Shown: positions 25,060 to 37,161, counted from the whole stretch's first letter. The stretch: 63,102 nucleotides of DNA, filler included, from Chiloscyllium plagiosum (GCF_004010195.1; 3 parts of one record of this genome joined end to end with filler, not necessarily neighbours in it), one strand, 5' to 3'. Notes: generated by a model from the letters alone, not told the origin. A program made the numbers and translations.

Positions 25060-25640
25060 AGAGCAAGCTATAGAAAGTGGAAGAGGAATGAACCCTTTGG
25101 CCCACAATATTGTGCCAAACATAATGTTAAATTAAGTTAATCCCTTCTGCCTCCCCTTGGTCCATATCCCTTAATTCCTTGCCTATTGTATTATGCCCCT
25201 ATTGTATCTGCCTCCACCCCCATCCCTGGCAGTGTGTTCCACACTCCTACCACTCTCTGTGTAAATAACTTGCCCCTCACATCTCATTTGAACTTTCCCC
25301 CTCTCACCTTAAATACATGCCCCTGGTAGGAGGCATTTCAACTCTGGGAAAAAAGATTCTGACCATCAACCATATCCATGCATCCCATAATTTTATAAAC
25401 TTCCATCAAGTCTCCCCTCAGCCTCTGCTGCTCCAGAGAAAAGAACCCCAGGTTTTCTAGCCTCTCACTATAGCTCATGCCCTGTGATCCAGGCAGCATC
25501 CAGGTAAACCCGTTCTACACCCTCTCCGATGCCCCCACATCCTTCCTGTAATGTGGTGACCAGAACTGAATACAATACTCTAAGAGTGGCCTAACCAAAA
25601 TCTTCTAAAGCTGTAACATAACATCCTGACTCTTCTACAG
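25060..25640 (-). mobile_element. CR1 LINE 3' fragment
   Basis: Reverse CR1 C-terminal region (ctctcaccttaa, ccagcatcc/ggtaaa motifs) and a tail. Confidence 0.8.
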
Positions 25641-26357
25641 GGAGTTATTCTATAGTGCCACGGCGGCATTCCAGTGAAACCTCACTTCTGACTAGATATA
25701 ATGGGGCCTCACAATCACTCAAAACTCATCCAATAATCTAACACTATGCATAACACTATATAACATTAACAAAACAAAAGTTTATTTAACACATTACATT
25801 TAAAAACGTTGTTAATGCAGGGGTAGAGGGTCATCATGGTGCAGAAGGTAGACTCCCTCACCCCTGTGAAGTGAGCTATATCACATATTTTTTCCTTACG
25901 CTCAAATGCTTTATAATAACTCGCCTTACTTTTAGGTTCACCACCTGCAATTTTATCATCGGGAGGCTTCTAGCTAACATTCTTGTCACTATGCCCCTCC
26001 ATTTTTTTCAAAAACAGGGATAATCCAGGTGTAATGTACCTTTCACAGAAAGCTGCTCTATGTATCTCTCTCAGAAAGCTGGTCTCTGTACAGTATCTCA
26101 CTCAGAAAGCTGCACTCTATACGCTATCTCAGAAAGCGACTGTCTGGAAAATATCTCTCTCAGAAAGTCGCTCTCTGTATAGTGTCCCTCTCGCAAAACT
26201 GCTCTCTGTACATTACCACAGAAAGCTAATACCTGGACAGTGTTTCAGAAACTGCTCTCTGTACAATCTCTCTCTCTCGGAAAGCGGCTCTCTGCACAGC
26301 ACTTCAGAAAGCTACTCTCAGTACAGTATCTGTCTCAGAAATCTGCTCTCTGTACAG

Positions 26358-26660
26358 TGGGTGTCACAGTGGCACAGTGGTTAGCACTGCTGCCTCACAG
26401 TGCCAGAGACCCGGGTTCAATTCCCGACAGTATTTGGACTGTCTGTGTGGAGTTTGCACATTCTCCCTGTGTCTGCGTGGGTTTCCTCCCACAGTCCAAA
26501 ATTGTGCAGGTCAGGTGAATTGGCCATGCTAAGTTGCCTGTAGTGTTAGGCGAAGGGGTAAATGTAGGGGAATGGGTCTGGGTGGGTTGCGCTTTGGCGG
26601 GTCGGTGTGGACTTGTTGGGCTGAAGGGCCTGTTTCCACACTGTAAAAAAAAAAGAAAAA
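26358..26660 (+). mobile_element. HE1-type V-SINE inserted in the satellite
   Basis: gtggcacagtggttagcactgctgcctcacag, B box gggttcaattccc, V-domain; ends in an A-rich tract. Confidence 0.9.
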
Positions 26661-29600
26661 GTATCTCAGAAAGCTGCTGTCTGTGCAGTACCTCAGAAGG
26701 TGGCTGTCAGTACAGTATCTCTCTCAGAAAGCTGCTGTCTGTGCAGTATCTTAGAGAGCTGATCTCTGTACAGCATCTCTATCAGAAATCTGCACTCTGT
26801 ACGTTATCTCAGAAAGCTGCTCTCTGTACAATATCTCTCTCAGAACGTTGCTCCCTGTACACTATTTCTCGCAAAGCTACTCTCTGTGCAGTACTACAGA
26901 AATCTGCTCTTTGTTGAGTATCTGTCAGTAAGCTGCAGTCTGTGCAGAATCTCAGAAAGCTGCTCTCTGACAGTATCTCTCTCAGAAAGCTGCTCTCTGA
27001 CAGTATCTCTCTCAGAAAGTTGCTCTCTGTACAGTACCTCAGAAAACTGGTCTTTTTACAGTATCTACTACAGAAAGAGGTTCTCTGTAAAGTACCTCAG
27101 AAAGCTGTATCTCCCTCAGAAAGCTGTGTTCTGCACAGTACCCTCCAACCATAAGCTGCTCTCTGTACAGTACCTCAGAAAGCTGTTATCTGTACAGTAT
27201 CTCAAAAAAACTGCTCTCTGTACAGTCCCTCATTAAGCTGCTCCCTGTACAGTATCTCTCTCAGATAGCTGCTATCTGTGCAACACCTCAGAAAGCTTGT
27301 CTCTGTACAGTATCCACTGCAGAAAGTTACTGTCTGTACTGTGTCTCAGAAAGCTGTTCTCTGTACAGTATCTCTCTCAGATAGCTGCTCTCTCTGCCGT
27401 ACCTCAGAAAGCTGATCTTTGTACATTATCCCAGAAAGGTGTTTTCTTCAGTATCTCTCTCAGAAAGCTGCTTGGAATACAGTATCTGAGAAAGCTCCTC
27501 TCTGTACACTATCTCTCTCAGAAAGGTCTCATTTATACACTATCTCCAAAACCTGCTGTCTGTACAGTATCTCTCTCAGAAAGCTGTTCCCTGTACAGTA
27601 CCCCTCACAGAAAGCTGCTCCCTGTATAGTACCTCAGAAACTTCTCTCTGTACAGTATCTCAGAAAGCTTCTCTTCGTAATGTATCTCCCTCAGAAAGCT
27701 GCTATATGTACAGTATCTCCCTCAGAAAGCTGCTCTGTGTGCAGTATTCCTCACAGAAAGCTTGTCTCTGACTGTATCTACTACAGAAAGCTGCTCTCTG
27801 TACTGTGTCTCAGGAAGCTGGTCTTTGTACAGTATCTCTCCCAGAAAGTTGCTTTCTGTACAGTACCTCAGAAATCTGTCTCTGTACAGGATCTCTGTCT
27901 GAAAGCTGCTCTTTGTACAGTACCTCAGAAAGTTGTGCTCACTAACTATCTCTCTCAGAAAGCTGCTCTTTATACTGTACCACAGAAAGCTGCTCCCTGT
28001 ACAGTACCTCAGAAAGCTGCTCTCTGTACATTATCCCAGAAAGCTGCTCTCTTCACTATCTCTCTCAGAACACTGCTCTGAATACAGTACCTCAGAAAGC
28101 TGTTCTCTGTACACTATCTCCCTCAGAAATCTACCTTCTGTGCGGTGTCTCCCTCAGAAAGCTGCTGTCTGTGCAGTACCTCAGAAAGCTGCCTGTGTAC
28201 AGTATCTCTTAGAAAGGTGCTCCCTGTACAGTACCTTAGAAAGCTTTTACATGTACAATATCTCTCTTAGAAAGTTGTTCTCTGTACAGTACCTCAGAAA
28301 GCTGCTCTCTTCAGTATCTCTCTCAGAATGCTGCTCTGAATACAGTACCTCAGAAAGCTGTTCTCTGTACAGTATCTCTCTCATAAAGCTGCTCTGAACG
28401 CAGTATTTCAAAAAGCTGCTCTCGATCCAGTATCCCTCTCAGTACGCTGCTCTCTGTACAGTACCTCAGAAAGGTGCTCTCTATATAATATCTATCACAG
28501 AAAGCTGCTCTCTGTGGAGTACCTCAGGAAGCTGATCTCTGTATAGTATCTCTCGCAGAGATCTAGAGAGCAGCTTTCTGAGGTACTGTACAGAGAGCAG
28601 CTTTCTGAGGTACTGCACAAACAGCTGCTTTCTGTAGTAGATACTGTAAAGAGACCAGTACAGTAACTCTTTCAGAAAGCTGCTCTCTGCACAGCATCTG
28701 GGAAAGCTGGTCTCTGTGGAGTACCTCAGGAAGCTGGTCTCTTTACATTTCTACTACAGAAAGCAGCTGTACAGGATCTCTGTAAGAAAGCTGCTCTCTG
28801 TACAGTACTTCAGAAAGATGCTCTGTGTACAATACCTCAGAAATATGCTCTCTGTACACTATCTCTCTCCGAAAGCTGTTTACTCTACAGTACCTCAGAA
28901 AGCAGCTCTCAGTACAGTTCCTTGAAAAGCTGCTCTCTGTGCAGTATTGATCAGAGAAAGCTGCTTTGTGTACAGTATCTCAGAAAAATGTTCTGTGTAC
29001 AGTAACTTTCTCAGAGAGCTGCTCTCTATACAATACCTCAGAAAGCCGCTCTCTGTACGGTACCTCAGAAAGCCGCTCTCTATGCAATACCTCCAAAAGC
29101 TGCTCTCTGTACAGTATTGATCACAGAAAGCAGCTCTCAGTACAGTATCCCTCTCAGAAAGTCGCTAGCTGTACAGTACCTCAGAAAGCTTGTCTCTGTA
29201 CAGTACCTCAGAAAGATGCTCTCTCTACAGTATCTCTCTCAGAAAAATGTCTCTGAACAGTATCTCTCTCAGAAAGCTACTTTCTGTACAGTACCTCAGA
29301 AAACTACTCTCTGTACACTATCTCCCTCCGAAAGCTGTTTACTCTACAGTACCTCAGAAAGCTGCTCTCAGTACAGTTCCTCAGAAAGCTGCTCTTTATG
29401 CAGTAACCCAGAAAGATGTTCTCTAAACAGTATCTCTCTCAGAATGCTGGTCTCTGTGCAGTATTGATCAGAGAAAGCTTCTTTCTGTACAGTACCTGAG
29501 AAAGCTGCTCTCTGTACAGTATCTCAGAATGATGCTCTGTGTACAGTATCTCTCTCAGAAAGCCGCTCTCTGTACAGTACCTCAGAAAGTCGCTCTCTGT

Positions 29601-30479
29601 ACAGTACCTCAGATACCTGCTCTCTGTACAGTATTTTCTCTCAGAACGCTGCTCTCTGTACAGTACCTCAGAAAGCTGCTCTCTGTACAGTATCTTAGAA
29701 GGCTGCTCTCTATACATTATCCCAGAAAACTGCTCTCTTCAGTATCTCTCTCAGAAAGCTGCTTGAAACACAATATCTGAGAAAGCTCCTCTCTGTACAC
29801 TATCTCTGTCAGCAGGGTGTCCTCTATACGCTACCTCCAAAACCTGCTGTCTGTACAGTATCTCTGTCAGAAAGCTTCTCTCTGTACATTATCTCAGAAA
29901 GCTGCTCTCTTCAGTATCTCTCTCAGAAAACTGCTGTCTGTACAGTATTTCTCTCTGAAAGCTGCTCTTTTTATGGTATCTCTCAAAAAGCTGCTCTCTG
30001 TACATTATCCCTGTCAGAAGCTGCTCTCTGTACAGTATTGATCATAGAAAGCTACTTTCAGTACAATACCTGAGAAAAATGCTCTCTGAACTGCATCTGT
30101 CTCAGAAAGCTGGTCTTTGCACAGTATCTCAGAAAGCTGGTCTCTGTACAGTATCTCAGAAAGGTGCTCTCTGCACAGTATCTCAGAAAGCTGAGCTCTG
30201 TACAGTATCTCTCTCAGAATGCTGTTCTCTGTACAGTACCTCAGAAAGCTGTTACATGTACACTATCTCTCTCAGAAAGCTTTTCTCTGTTCATTATCCC
30301 AGAAAGCAGCTTTCTTCAGTATCTCTCTCAGAACGCTGCTGTGAATACAGTACCTCAGAAAGCTGCTCTCTGCATAGTATCTCTCTCAGAAAGTTGCTCT
30401 CTGTGCAGAATCCCACTCAGAAAGCGCTCTCTGTACAGTATCTCTGTCAGAAAGCTGCAAACTGCACGGTATCTCTCTC

Positions 30480-30570
30480 ATTCCTGATGAAGGGCTTTTA
30501 TCTGAAACATCGATTTTCCTCAGATGCTGCCTGACCTGCAGTGCTTTTCCGGCACCACTCTTATCTTGAC
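30480..30570 (+). mobile_element. PLE pLTR fragment in the satellite
   Basis: ttcctgatgaagggcttttatctgaaacatcgattttcctcagatgctgcctgacctgc. Confidence 0.7.
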
Positions 30571-30809
30571 AGTAACTATCTCTCTCAGGGAGCTGCTCTC
30601 TGTGCAGTATCTCTCACAGGAAGCTGTTCTGTGTACAGTATCTCTCTCAGGAAGCTGCTCTCTGTACAGTACCCCTCACAGACAGCTGTTGTGATGGCAG
30701 CTGACATCGGTGCATGCTCAGCATGAAATGCACAAACCAATCGCCGCTGCAATCACGGTATTGCCAATGGGTAAGCGTTCCCAAAACTTCCATTCCTTAT
30801 TTACTTCGC

Positions 30810-32248
30810 AACAGGCTACTAGACTAGGTGGGATTGAGATTCACAAGGAAGAGGTATTAGAAATCCTGCAGAGTGTGAAAATAGATAAGTCCCCTGGGCC
30901 GGATGGGATTTATCCTAGGATCCTCTGGGAAGCCAGGGAGGAGATTGCCGAGCCTTTGGCATTGATCTTTAAATCGTCATTGTCTACAGGAATAGTGCCA
31001 GAGGAAATGTGGTTCCCCGGTTCAAGAAGGGGAGTAGAGACAACCCTGGTAATTATAGACCAGTGAGCCTTACTTCAGTTATTGGTAAAGTGTTGGAAAA
31101 GGTTATAAGAGAAAGGATTTATAATCATCTAGAAAAGAATAATTTGATTAGGGATAGTCAACACGGTTGTGAAGGGTAGATCACAAACCTTATTGAGTTC
31201 TTTGAGAAGGTGACCAAACAGGTAGATGAGAGTAAACCGGTTGATGTGCTGTATATGGATTTCAACAAGGCATTCGATAAGGTTCCCCACAGTAGGCTAT
31301 TGTACAAAATGCGGAGAAATGCGATTGTGGGAGATATAGCAGTTTGGATCAGTAATTGGCTTGCTGAAAGAAGACAGAGGGTGGTGGTTGATGGGAAATG
31401 TTCATCCTGGAGTCCAGTTACCAGTGGTGTACCGCAAGGGTCGGTGTTGGGTCCACTGCTGTTCGTCATTTTTATAAANNNNNNNNNNNNNNNNNNNNNN
31501 NNNNNNNNNNNNNNNNNNNNNNNNNNNNNNNNNNNNNNNNNNNNNNNNNNNNNNNNNNNNNNNNNNNNNNNNNNNNNNNNNNNNNNNNNNNNNNNNNNNN
31601 NNNNNNNNNNNNNNNNNNNNNNNNNNNNNNNNNNNNNNNNNNNNNNNNNNNNNNNNNNNNNNNNNNNNNNNNNNNNNNNNNNNNNNNNNNNNNNNNNNNN
31701 NNNNNNNNNNNNNNNNNNNNNNNNNNNNNNNNNNNNNNNNNNNNNNNNNNNNNNNNNNNNNNNNNNNNNNNNNNNNNNNNNNNNNNNNNNNNNNNNNNNN
31801 NNNNNNNNNNNNNNNNNNNNNNNNNNNNNNNNNNNNNNNNNNNNNNNNNNNNNNNNNNNNNNNNNNNNNNNNNNNNNNNNNNNNNNNNNNNNNNNNNNNN
31901 NNNNNNNNNNNNNNNNNNNNNNNNNNNNNNNNNNNNNNNNNNNNNNNNNNNNNNNNNNNNNNNNNNNNNNNNNNNNNNNNNNNNNNNNNNNNNNNNNNNN
32001 NNNNNNNNNNNNNNNNNNNNNNNNNNNNNNNNAGAGTAGTAAGGGTATGGAATGCTTTGCCTGCAACGGTAGTGGATTCGCCAACTTTAAGTACATTTAA
32101 GTCGTCATTGGACAAGCATATGGATGTACATGGAATAGTATAGGTTAGATGGGCTTCAGATTGGTATGACAGGTCGGTGCAACATTGGGGGCCAAAGGGC
32201 CTGTACTGTACTGTAATGTTCTATGTTCTAATGTTCTATGTTCTATAA
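30810..32248 (+). mobile_element. CR1 LINE 3' portion spanning an N gap
   Basis: [47 protein letters not shown] and a (ttctatg)n tail. Confidence 0.9.
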
Positions 32249-32309
32249 TGAGCAAATTGTGCTGCCGGAACACACGATATCTGTGAACTACGCAAGCTTA
32301 ATTCTCTGT

Positions 32310-33780
32310 CTAACAAAGACAAGCATACCATACTCTATCTTTACCCACCCGATCTACCTGTGTGGCCACTTTCAGAGAGTTATGGACTTGAACCCCAAGA
32401 TCCCTCTGTACATCAATGCCGTTCAGGTCCTGCCTTTAACTGCATACCTTTCCTTAACATTTGATCTCTCAAAGTGCAGCACCTCACACTTACCCAGATT
32501 AAACTCCACCTGCCATTTCTCCGCCCATATCTGTAACTGATCTATATCCTGTGACAATCTTCTACACTATCCATAACTCCACCAACCTTTGTATCGTCTG
32601 CAGACTTACTAACCTGCTCATCTACATTTTCATCCAAGTTTTATATCTATCACAAACAGCAGAGGTCCAAGTACGGATTCCTGTGGAACACCACTAGTCA
32701 CGGACATCTAACCTGAAAACACCCTACCCTCTGCCTTCTCTGTGTTAGGACATGGGTAAACTCCACCTGTTAATTTAAACCAGCAACACAGAAATGGTTT
32801 AACCAGTGCTGTAATCTGTTAAAATCCGAGAGACCAAGAACTATCCCAAAGGTCACTATGTAAAGTAAAAATTAACAAACTTTTTTTTAAAGTCTAACAG
32901 AGAATAATTAACTGACAACTGTTTACAACTCCTTTCTATAACCTATTTTTTACTTACCCTTCTATAATATTGGTCCAATAAAACCCACAATGAAGATTTA
33001 CAGAAATATTCAAATTTGGAAACCAACCTGCTGTTGAATCTTCTCTTTGTGCCTTCCTGTGTCATCTTTCCTTCTTCTTAGGATTTCTAGGTAAAGGTAC
33101 CTTTAAGAGAGCTATTCTGCGGGCAATCTGCATATGTTGGTTGCTTGGCAGTTCTCCCCCAACTGTTCATTTTTTGCTGGTCTTTTCACTGTTTTCATTT
33201 CAGATAATTTCATTGCTTTTAATATTGTCAAAATACTAAACTCAAACTTGATTGGAGTTTAGTATCTTGGAGCATAATTTAAACTGATTGGCCAAATTTG
33301 TGTTTGTTTTTGTCTCAAAGCAACCCAGGTATTGCTAGCTGCTGGACCAAATGTCACATTGTAAATTCTTCAGCACTCTGTGCGCCTGCTAATTCCTTCA
33401 AATCTCTTAAAGATACAGTCCACCCCTACACCTTCATAACATATGAGAAAGCCAATTCTGAATCCACACAGGCAATTCACCCTGGATCCCATGCATCCTA
33501 ATCTTCTGGATGAGCCTACCATGTCGAAAGCCTTACTAAACTCTATGTAGACAACATTCGCTGCTCTATCCTCAATTGATCACCTTCATCACCTGCTCGA
33601 AAAATTCAATCAAGTTCATAAGACATGACCTGCCGTGCACAAAGCCATGCTGACTGTCACCTAATTAGTCATGCTTTTCCAAATACACATCAATCCTATT
33701 CCTAAGAATTCTCTCCAATAACTTCCCAACCACTGATGTGAGACTCACTGGCCTATAGTTTCCTGGTTCCCTTGATTGAA
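32310..33780 (-). mobile_element. Old CR1 RT fragment interrupted by a solo LTR
   Basis: Reverse CR1 RT motifs lie on both sides of 32743-33441. Confidence 0.75.
32743..33441 (-). mobile_element. Solo LTR (699 bp), same family as 5870-6571
   Basis: tgttagg...ttcataaca, flanks tctg/tatg (4-bp TSD with one mismatch), collinear similarity with 5870-6571. Confidence 0.8.
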
Positions 33781-34943
33781 CAGAGAAGGGAATATCGTTA
33801 ACACAATCTCTCAGGCCGGAGGGTAGTGGCTGCACAGCTGATTCTCTCTGTTTGAGAAAACACAGAGAACCATAGAATCATCACGGCACGAAACGAAACC
33901 CTTTGTTCTTTCAAGCCGATGATGGACAAATGTACCATTTCTAACAACCTGCGTCTCCAGCACTCTGTGAAGTGCATTTCTACTGTTTCTATCTGGTAAC
34001 CCTAACCCTATTGCAGGCTCTGTGAAGGCTAACAGCTCAAAGTTCAATTCACTTCCGCTCCCTCTTCAGGACAACAATGGAGCAGCTATCTTTCCCTTCG
34101 TCAAACCTTCTCCCTGTTCCCCGGACTCCCCAATGGGTGACAGGTCCACAGCCAACTCTCGCCTGCCCTCTAATCACTTCCCCATGGGATTGTGAGTCCC
34201 GTTGACACGGCACCTTCAGCCCATCAGGTCTGTACTGCCGAGGCTACACTAAATCGACATTAGTCTCACTTTCCTGCATTCGGAAATGTGATGACCATTT
34301 TCCCACGCTCCCACCCACAGCCTCGAAAGTTACGACATGTGCTCACCCAGGTATGTTGTAAGGTTGTAAGGTTTCTCTGCCTCCACTCCCCCCTCCCAGC
34401 CTTGCGTTCCAGACTCTCACAGCCCTCTGGATGGAGTAGGCTTTTCCTCAAGTCCTGTCTAAACCTCCTGCTTTTCATTTTCAAATGATACCATCTTGTT
34501 ACTGACCCTCGACTAAAGGGACCAACTACTTTCCAGTCACTCTGTCCTTGTCCCTCATAATCCAAGACACCTCTATCAGACTCCACCCCAGCCTCTCTGC
34601 TCCATAGAAAACATCCCAAGCGTATCCAGCCTCTGTTCATCGCTGAAATGCTCCATCCCAGGCAGCATCCTGGTGAATCGCCCCTGTACCCCCCCCCCCC
34701 CCCCCCGCCCCCCCAGTGCACTCACATCCTTCCTACAGTCTGGGGACCAGAACTGTACACAGTCCTCCAGCCGCAGCCTCACCAGAGTCCTGTACAGCCC
34801 CAACATACCTTCCCAGCTCTAATAATCTATGACTGATAAAGACAAGTATGTTGCCTTAACTACTCTATTTCTGCTTTCAGGGGAGAAAAAACATCCCAAG
34901 GTCCCTCCGTTCCTCTGAGCTTCCTAGTGTCCTGTCATTCACT

Positions 34944-35148
34944 GCTGAAAATGTGTTGCTGGAAAAGCGCAGCAGGTCAGGCAGCATCCAAGGAGCAGGA
35001 GAATCGACGTTTCGGGCATGAGCCTGAAGAAGGGCTCATGCCCGAAACGTCGATTCTCCTGCTCCTTGGATGCTGCCTGACCTGCTGCGCTTTTCCAGCA
35101 ACACATTTTCAGCTCTGATCTCCAGCATCTGCAGTCCTCACTTTCTCC
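34944..35148 (+). mobile_element. Compact PLE insertion: inverted pLTR pair, tail and 15-bp TSD
   Basis: Perfect 81-bp inverted arms (34944-35024 and 35033-35113), a 35-nt tail, and TSD tcctgtcattcactg at 34930-34944 and 35149-35163. Confidence 0.9.
35020..35055 (+). ncRNA. Minimal type-I hammerhead ribozyme core (PLE family A)
   Basis: CUGAAGA-A-GGGC(UCAU)GCCC-GAAAC-GUC. The stem I 5' strand is replaced by the inversion junction in this copy. Confidence 0.6.
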
Positions 35149-35468
35149 TCCTGTCATTCACTGAGTACTCCCTTGTCTTGTTGCTCCTTCCAAAGTGCAC
35201 TACCACTGCGTTAAAATCCTCGAACCCCTCTCCCTAACAACACTGTGGGAGTCCGAACATTATGAGGACAGCAGTGGTTCTAGGAGGTGGCTCATCACTC
35301 GTTCCCCAGAGCAGTTGGTGATGGGCAACAGTTGCTGCTCCAGCCAGCGATAGTCAGAGAGCAGGAAACAATGTGATAAATGTACTGATCTGGTGCAGTG
35401 AAGTAGGGAGGGGAGAAGTTAGTGGGTTAGTTGAGCCGAATGAGCTGCCCAAGTATTGATGCACATCC

Positions 35469-35990
35469 AAAATGGCGGTCAGAGTAGGACGACAGTGTTT
35501 GGGCTCCTGTACCTGGGCCTCCTCCAATCCAGCCTGCTTTTCTCTTTGACTTTTTGCTTTCGCTCTTTCTCCCTCTCTTTTTCCTTTCCTTTTTCTTTTC
35601 TTTGAAGTCTTTCACGGTGGGACCATCAACATCGGCACGGCTGTGCCAAATGGCGGCAGCCTCCCGGCAGTATGAGGCAGCAGCAGCAAGAACGTGGCCC
35701 CTCCTGGTGGCTGGCGGTGGTAGTGACGGCAAAGCTCCTTCTGGCCTTGAGGTGGGCGGCAGGCCCATGAACGTGGCTCCGCCTGGTGGGCGATGTGAGA
35801 CCCGCAGGCTGGCTGACCATTCCACGCAGCCTTTTTGAGATGGGACTTGAAGAAGATCTGGAGGTTTTTCTCTCCTTTTGGCTCTGTTTCTGCTGTTTCT
35901 CTTGTCATTTTTTTGTTTATCAAATTGTGCTTTTGTAACCAAGGTGGCTTCGGGAGGATGGTGACTTTGTACACCTTACACTGTCAGCTT
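35469..35990 (+). mobile_element. Non-autonomous retroelement starting AAAATGGCGG
   Basis: The 5' end aaaatggcggtcagagtaggacg and 3' part ggtgactttgtacaccttacactgt are shared with 39655-41584 and 54510-55140 (reverse). Confidence 0.5.
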
Positions 35991-36639
35991 TTGTTCTTAT
36001 AACTGAGCGCACCCATCCTAAGAAGTACAGTTTGCACTATGTAGGGCGGTCGATTGCTGTTTGCTTCTAAACTTGTGCTAGATTTTACAATCCAATGATG
36101 TCTGTTTAACTTCTACAAACTGATAGAGTGACAGGGTGGTAGGAATGTTCATGCATTAATCTCATTTACGATGGAAGTCTTGACAGTACAAATTACAGAA
36201 TAGATGTGAATCATTTCTGGACTTTCTCTTTGCCGGACGAATGCGCCATTCCTTAATTTTTAACCGATGACAGCGAGAACTCCAAGAGGCCCATTCTGAT
36301 AGAGTCTCTTCTGGGAGGTGTCAGCGTCTGGCTCTGTGACAAAGACGGAAATGTCCAAAACAAAGCCAGCTTGGCAGAGCTGAGCAGTTAGTGTTATGGA
36401 CCAGACCAAATCCCCACAAAACATCGTCAAGGAGATCGCACAGACCCCAGCTTTTATCTTATTTAAGAGTGTAAGGTACTGCATTCCAGGTGCGATTCAA
36501 TGGGTCAACAATTAAACTTTAAGCAAAACACACTTTACTCTTACAACCACCGTTAAATAAAAACAATACAAATCAAGAATTTATGTAACTTTAACTATCA
36601 GAATATTTATCAAGATAATATACTATTCAACGGTCCGAG

Positions 36640-37061
36640 TTATAGGGAGAGGTCTAACCAGCTAGGACATTTTGTTCGAGCGTAGGAGGCTGAGGGGATG
36701 AAGTAGATTGGTTAGCAAGGATAGATCTCATGGAATACTGGGAGAACCAGGCATTTGGATACAGAACTGACTCAAAGGTAGAAGACAGAGGGTGGTGGTG
36801 GAGGATTGTTTTTCGGACTGGAGGCCTGTGACCAGTGGAGTGCCACAAGGATCGGTGCTGGGTCCTCTACTTTTCATCATTTATGTAAATGATTTGGATG
36901 CGAGCATAAGAGGTACAGTTAGTAAGTTTGCAGATGACACCAAAATTGGAGGTGTAGTGGACAGTGAAGAAGGTTACCTCCGATTACAACAGGATCTGGA
37001 CCAGATGGGCCAATGGGCTGAGGAGTGTCAGATGGAGTTTAATTCAGATAAATGTGAGGTG
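36640..37061 (+). mobile_element. CR1 RT fragment
   Basis: [20 protein letters not shown] and FADDTK. Confidence 0.9.
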
Positions 37062-37161
37062 NNNNNNNNNNNNNNNNNNNNNNNNNNNNNNNNNNNNNNN
37101 NNNNNTTAATTAATTAANNNNNNNNNNNNNNNNNNNNNNNNNNNNNNNNNNNNNNNNNNNN

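Larger units (their letters stand above)
26035..30685 (+). repeat. Degenerate satellite, about 27-31 bp unit CTCAGAAAGCTGCTCTCTGTACAGTA(C/TCTCT)
   Basis: More than 100 tandem diverged units, with an HE1 insertion, a short inversion and a PLE fragment inside. Confidence 0.95.
34200..35200 (-). mobile_element. Diverged CR1 3' fragment hosting a PLE insertion
   Basis: LYRTLVRLRLEDCVQFWSPDCRKDVSAL and RFTRMLPGMEHFSDEQRL. Confidence 0.8.

Noticed and set aside
26035..30685. CRISPR-like array, or Cys/Ser-rich ORFs in the satellite
   Set aside because: The units are contiguous and degenerate with no unique spacers and no cas genes, in a vertebrate context. The ORFs are translations of the repeat.
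5870..33441. One 27-kb provirus bounded by the two similar LTRs
   Set aside because: Each LTR has its own TSD and host sequence, and no gag/pol lies between them.
34688..34714. Poly-C run (G-quadruplex or poly-Gly/Pro ORF)
   Set aside because: It is a homopolymer expansion inside a decayed CR1, with no sign of function.
34939..35157. Recurrent short ORFs 'MPETSILLLLGCCLTCCAFPATH', resembling signal or toxin peptides
   Set aside because: They are incidental translations of the PLE pLTR and recur wherever the repeat occurs.
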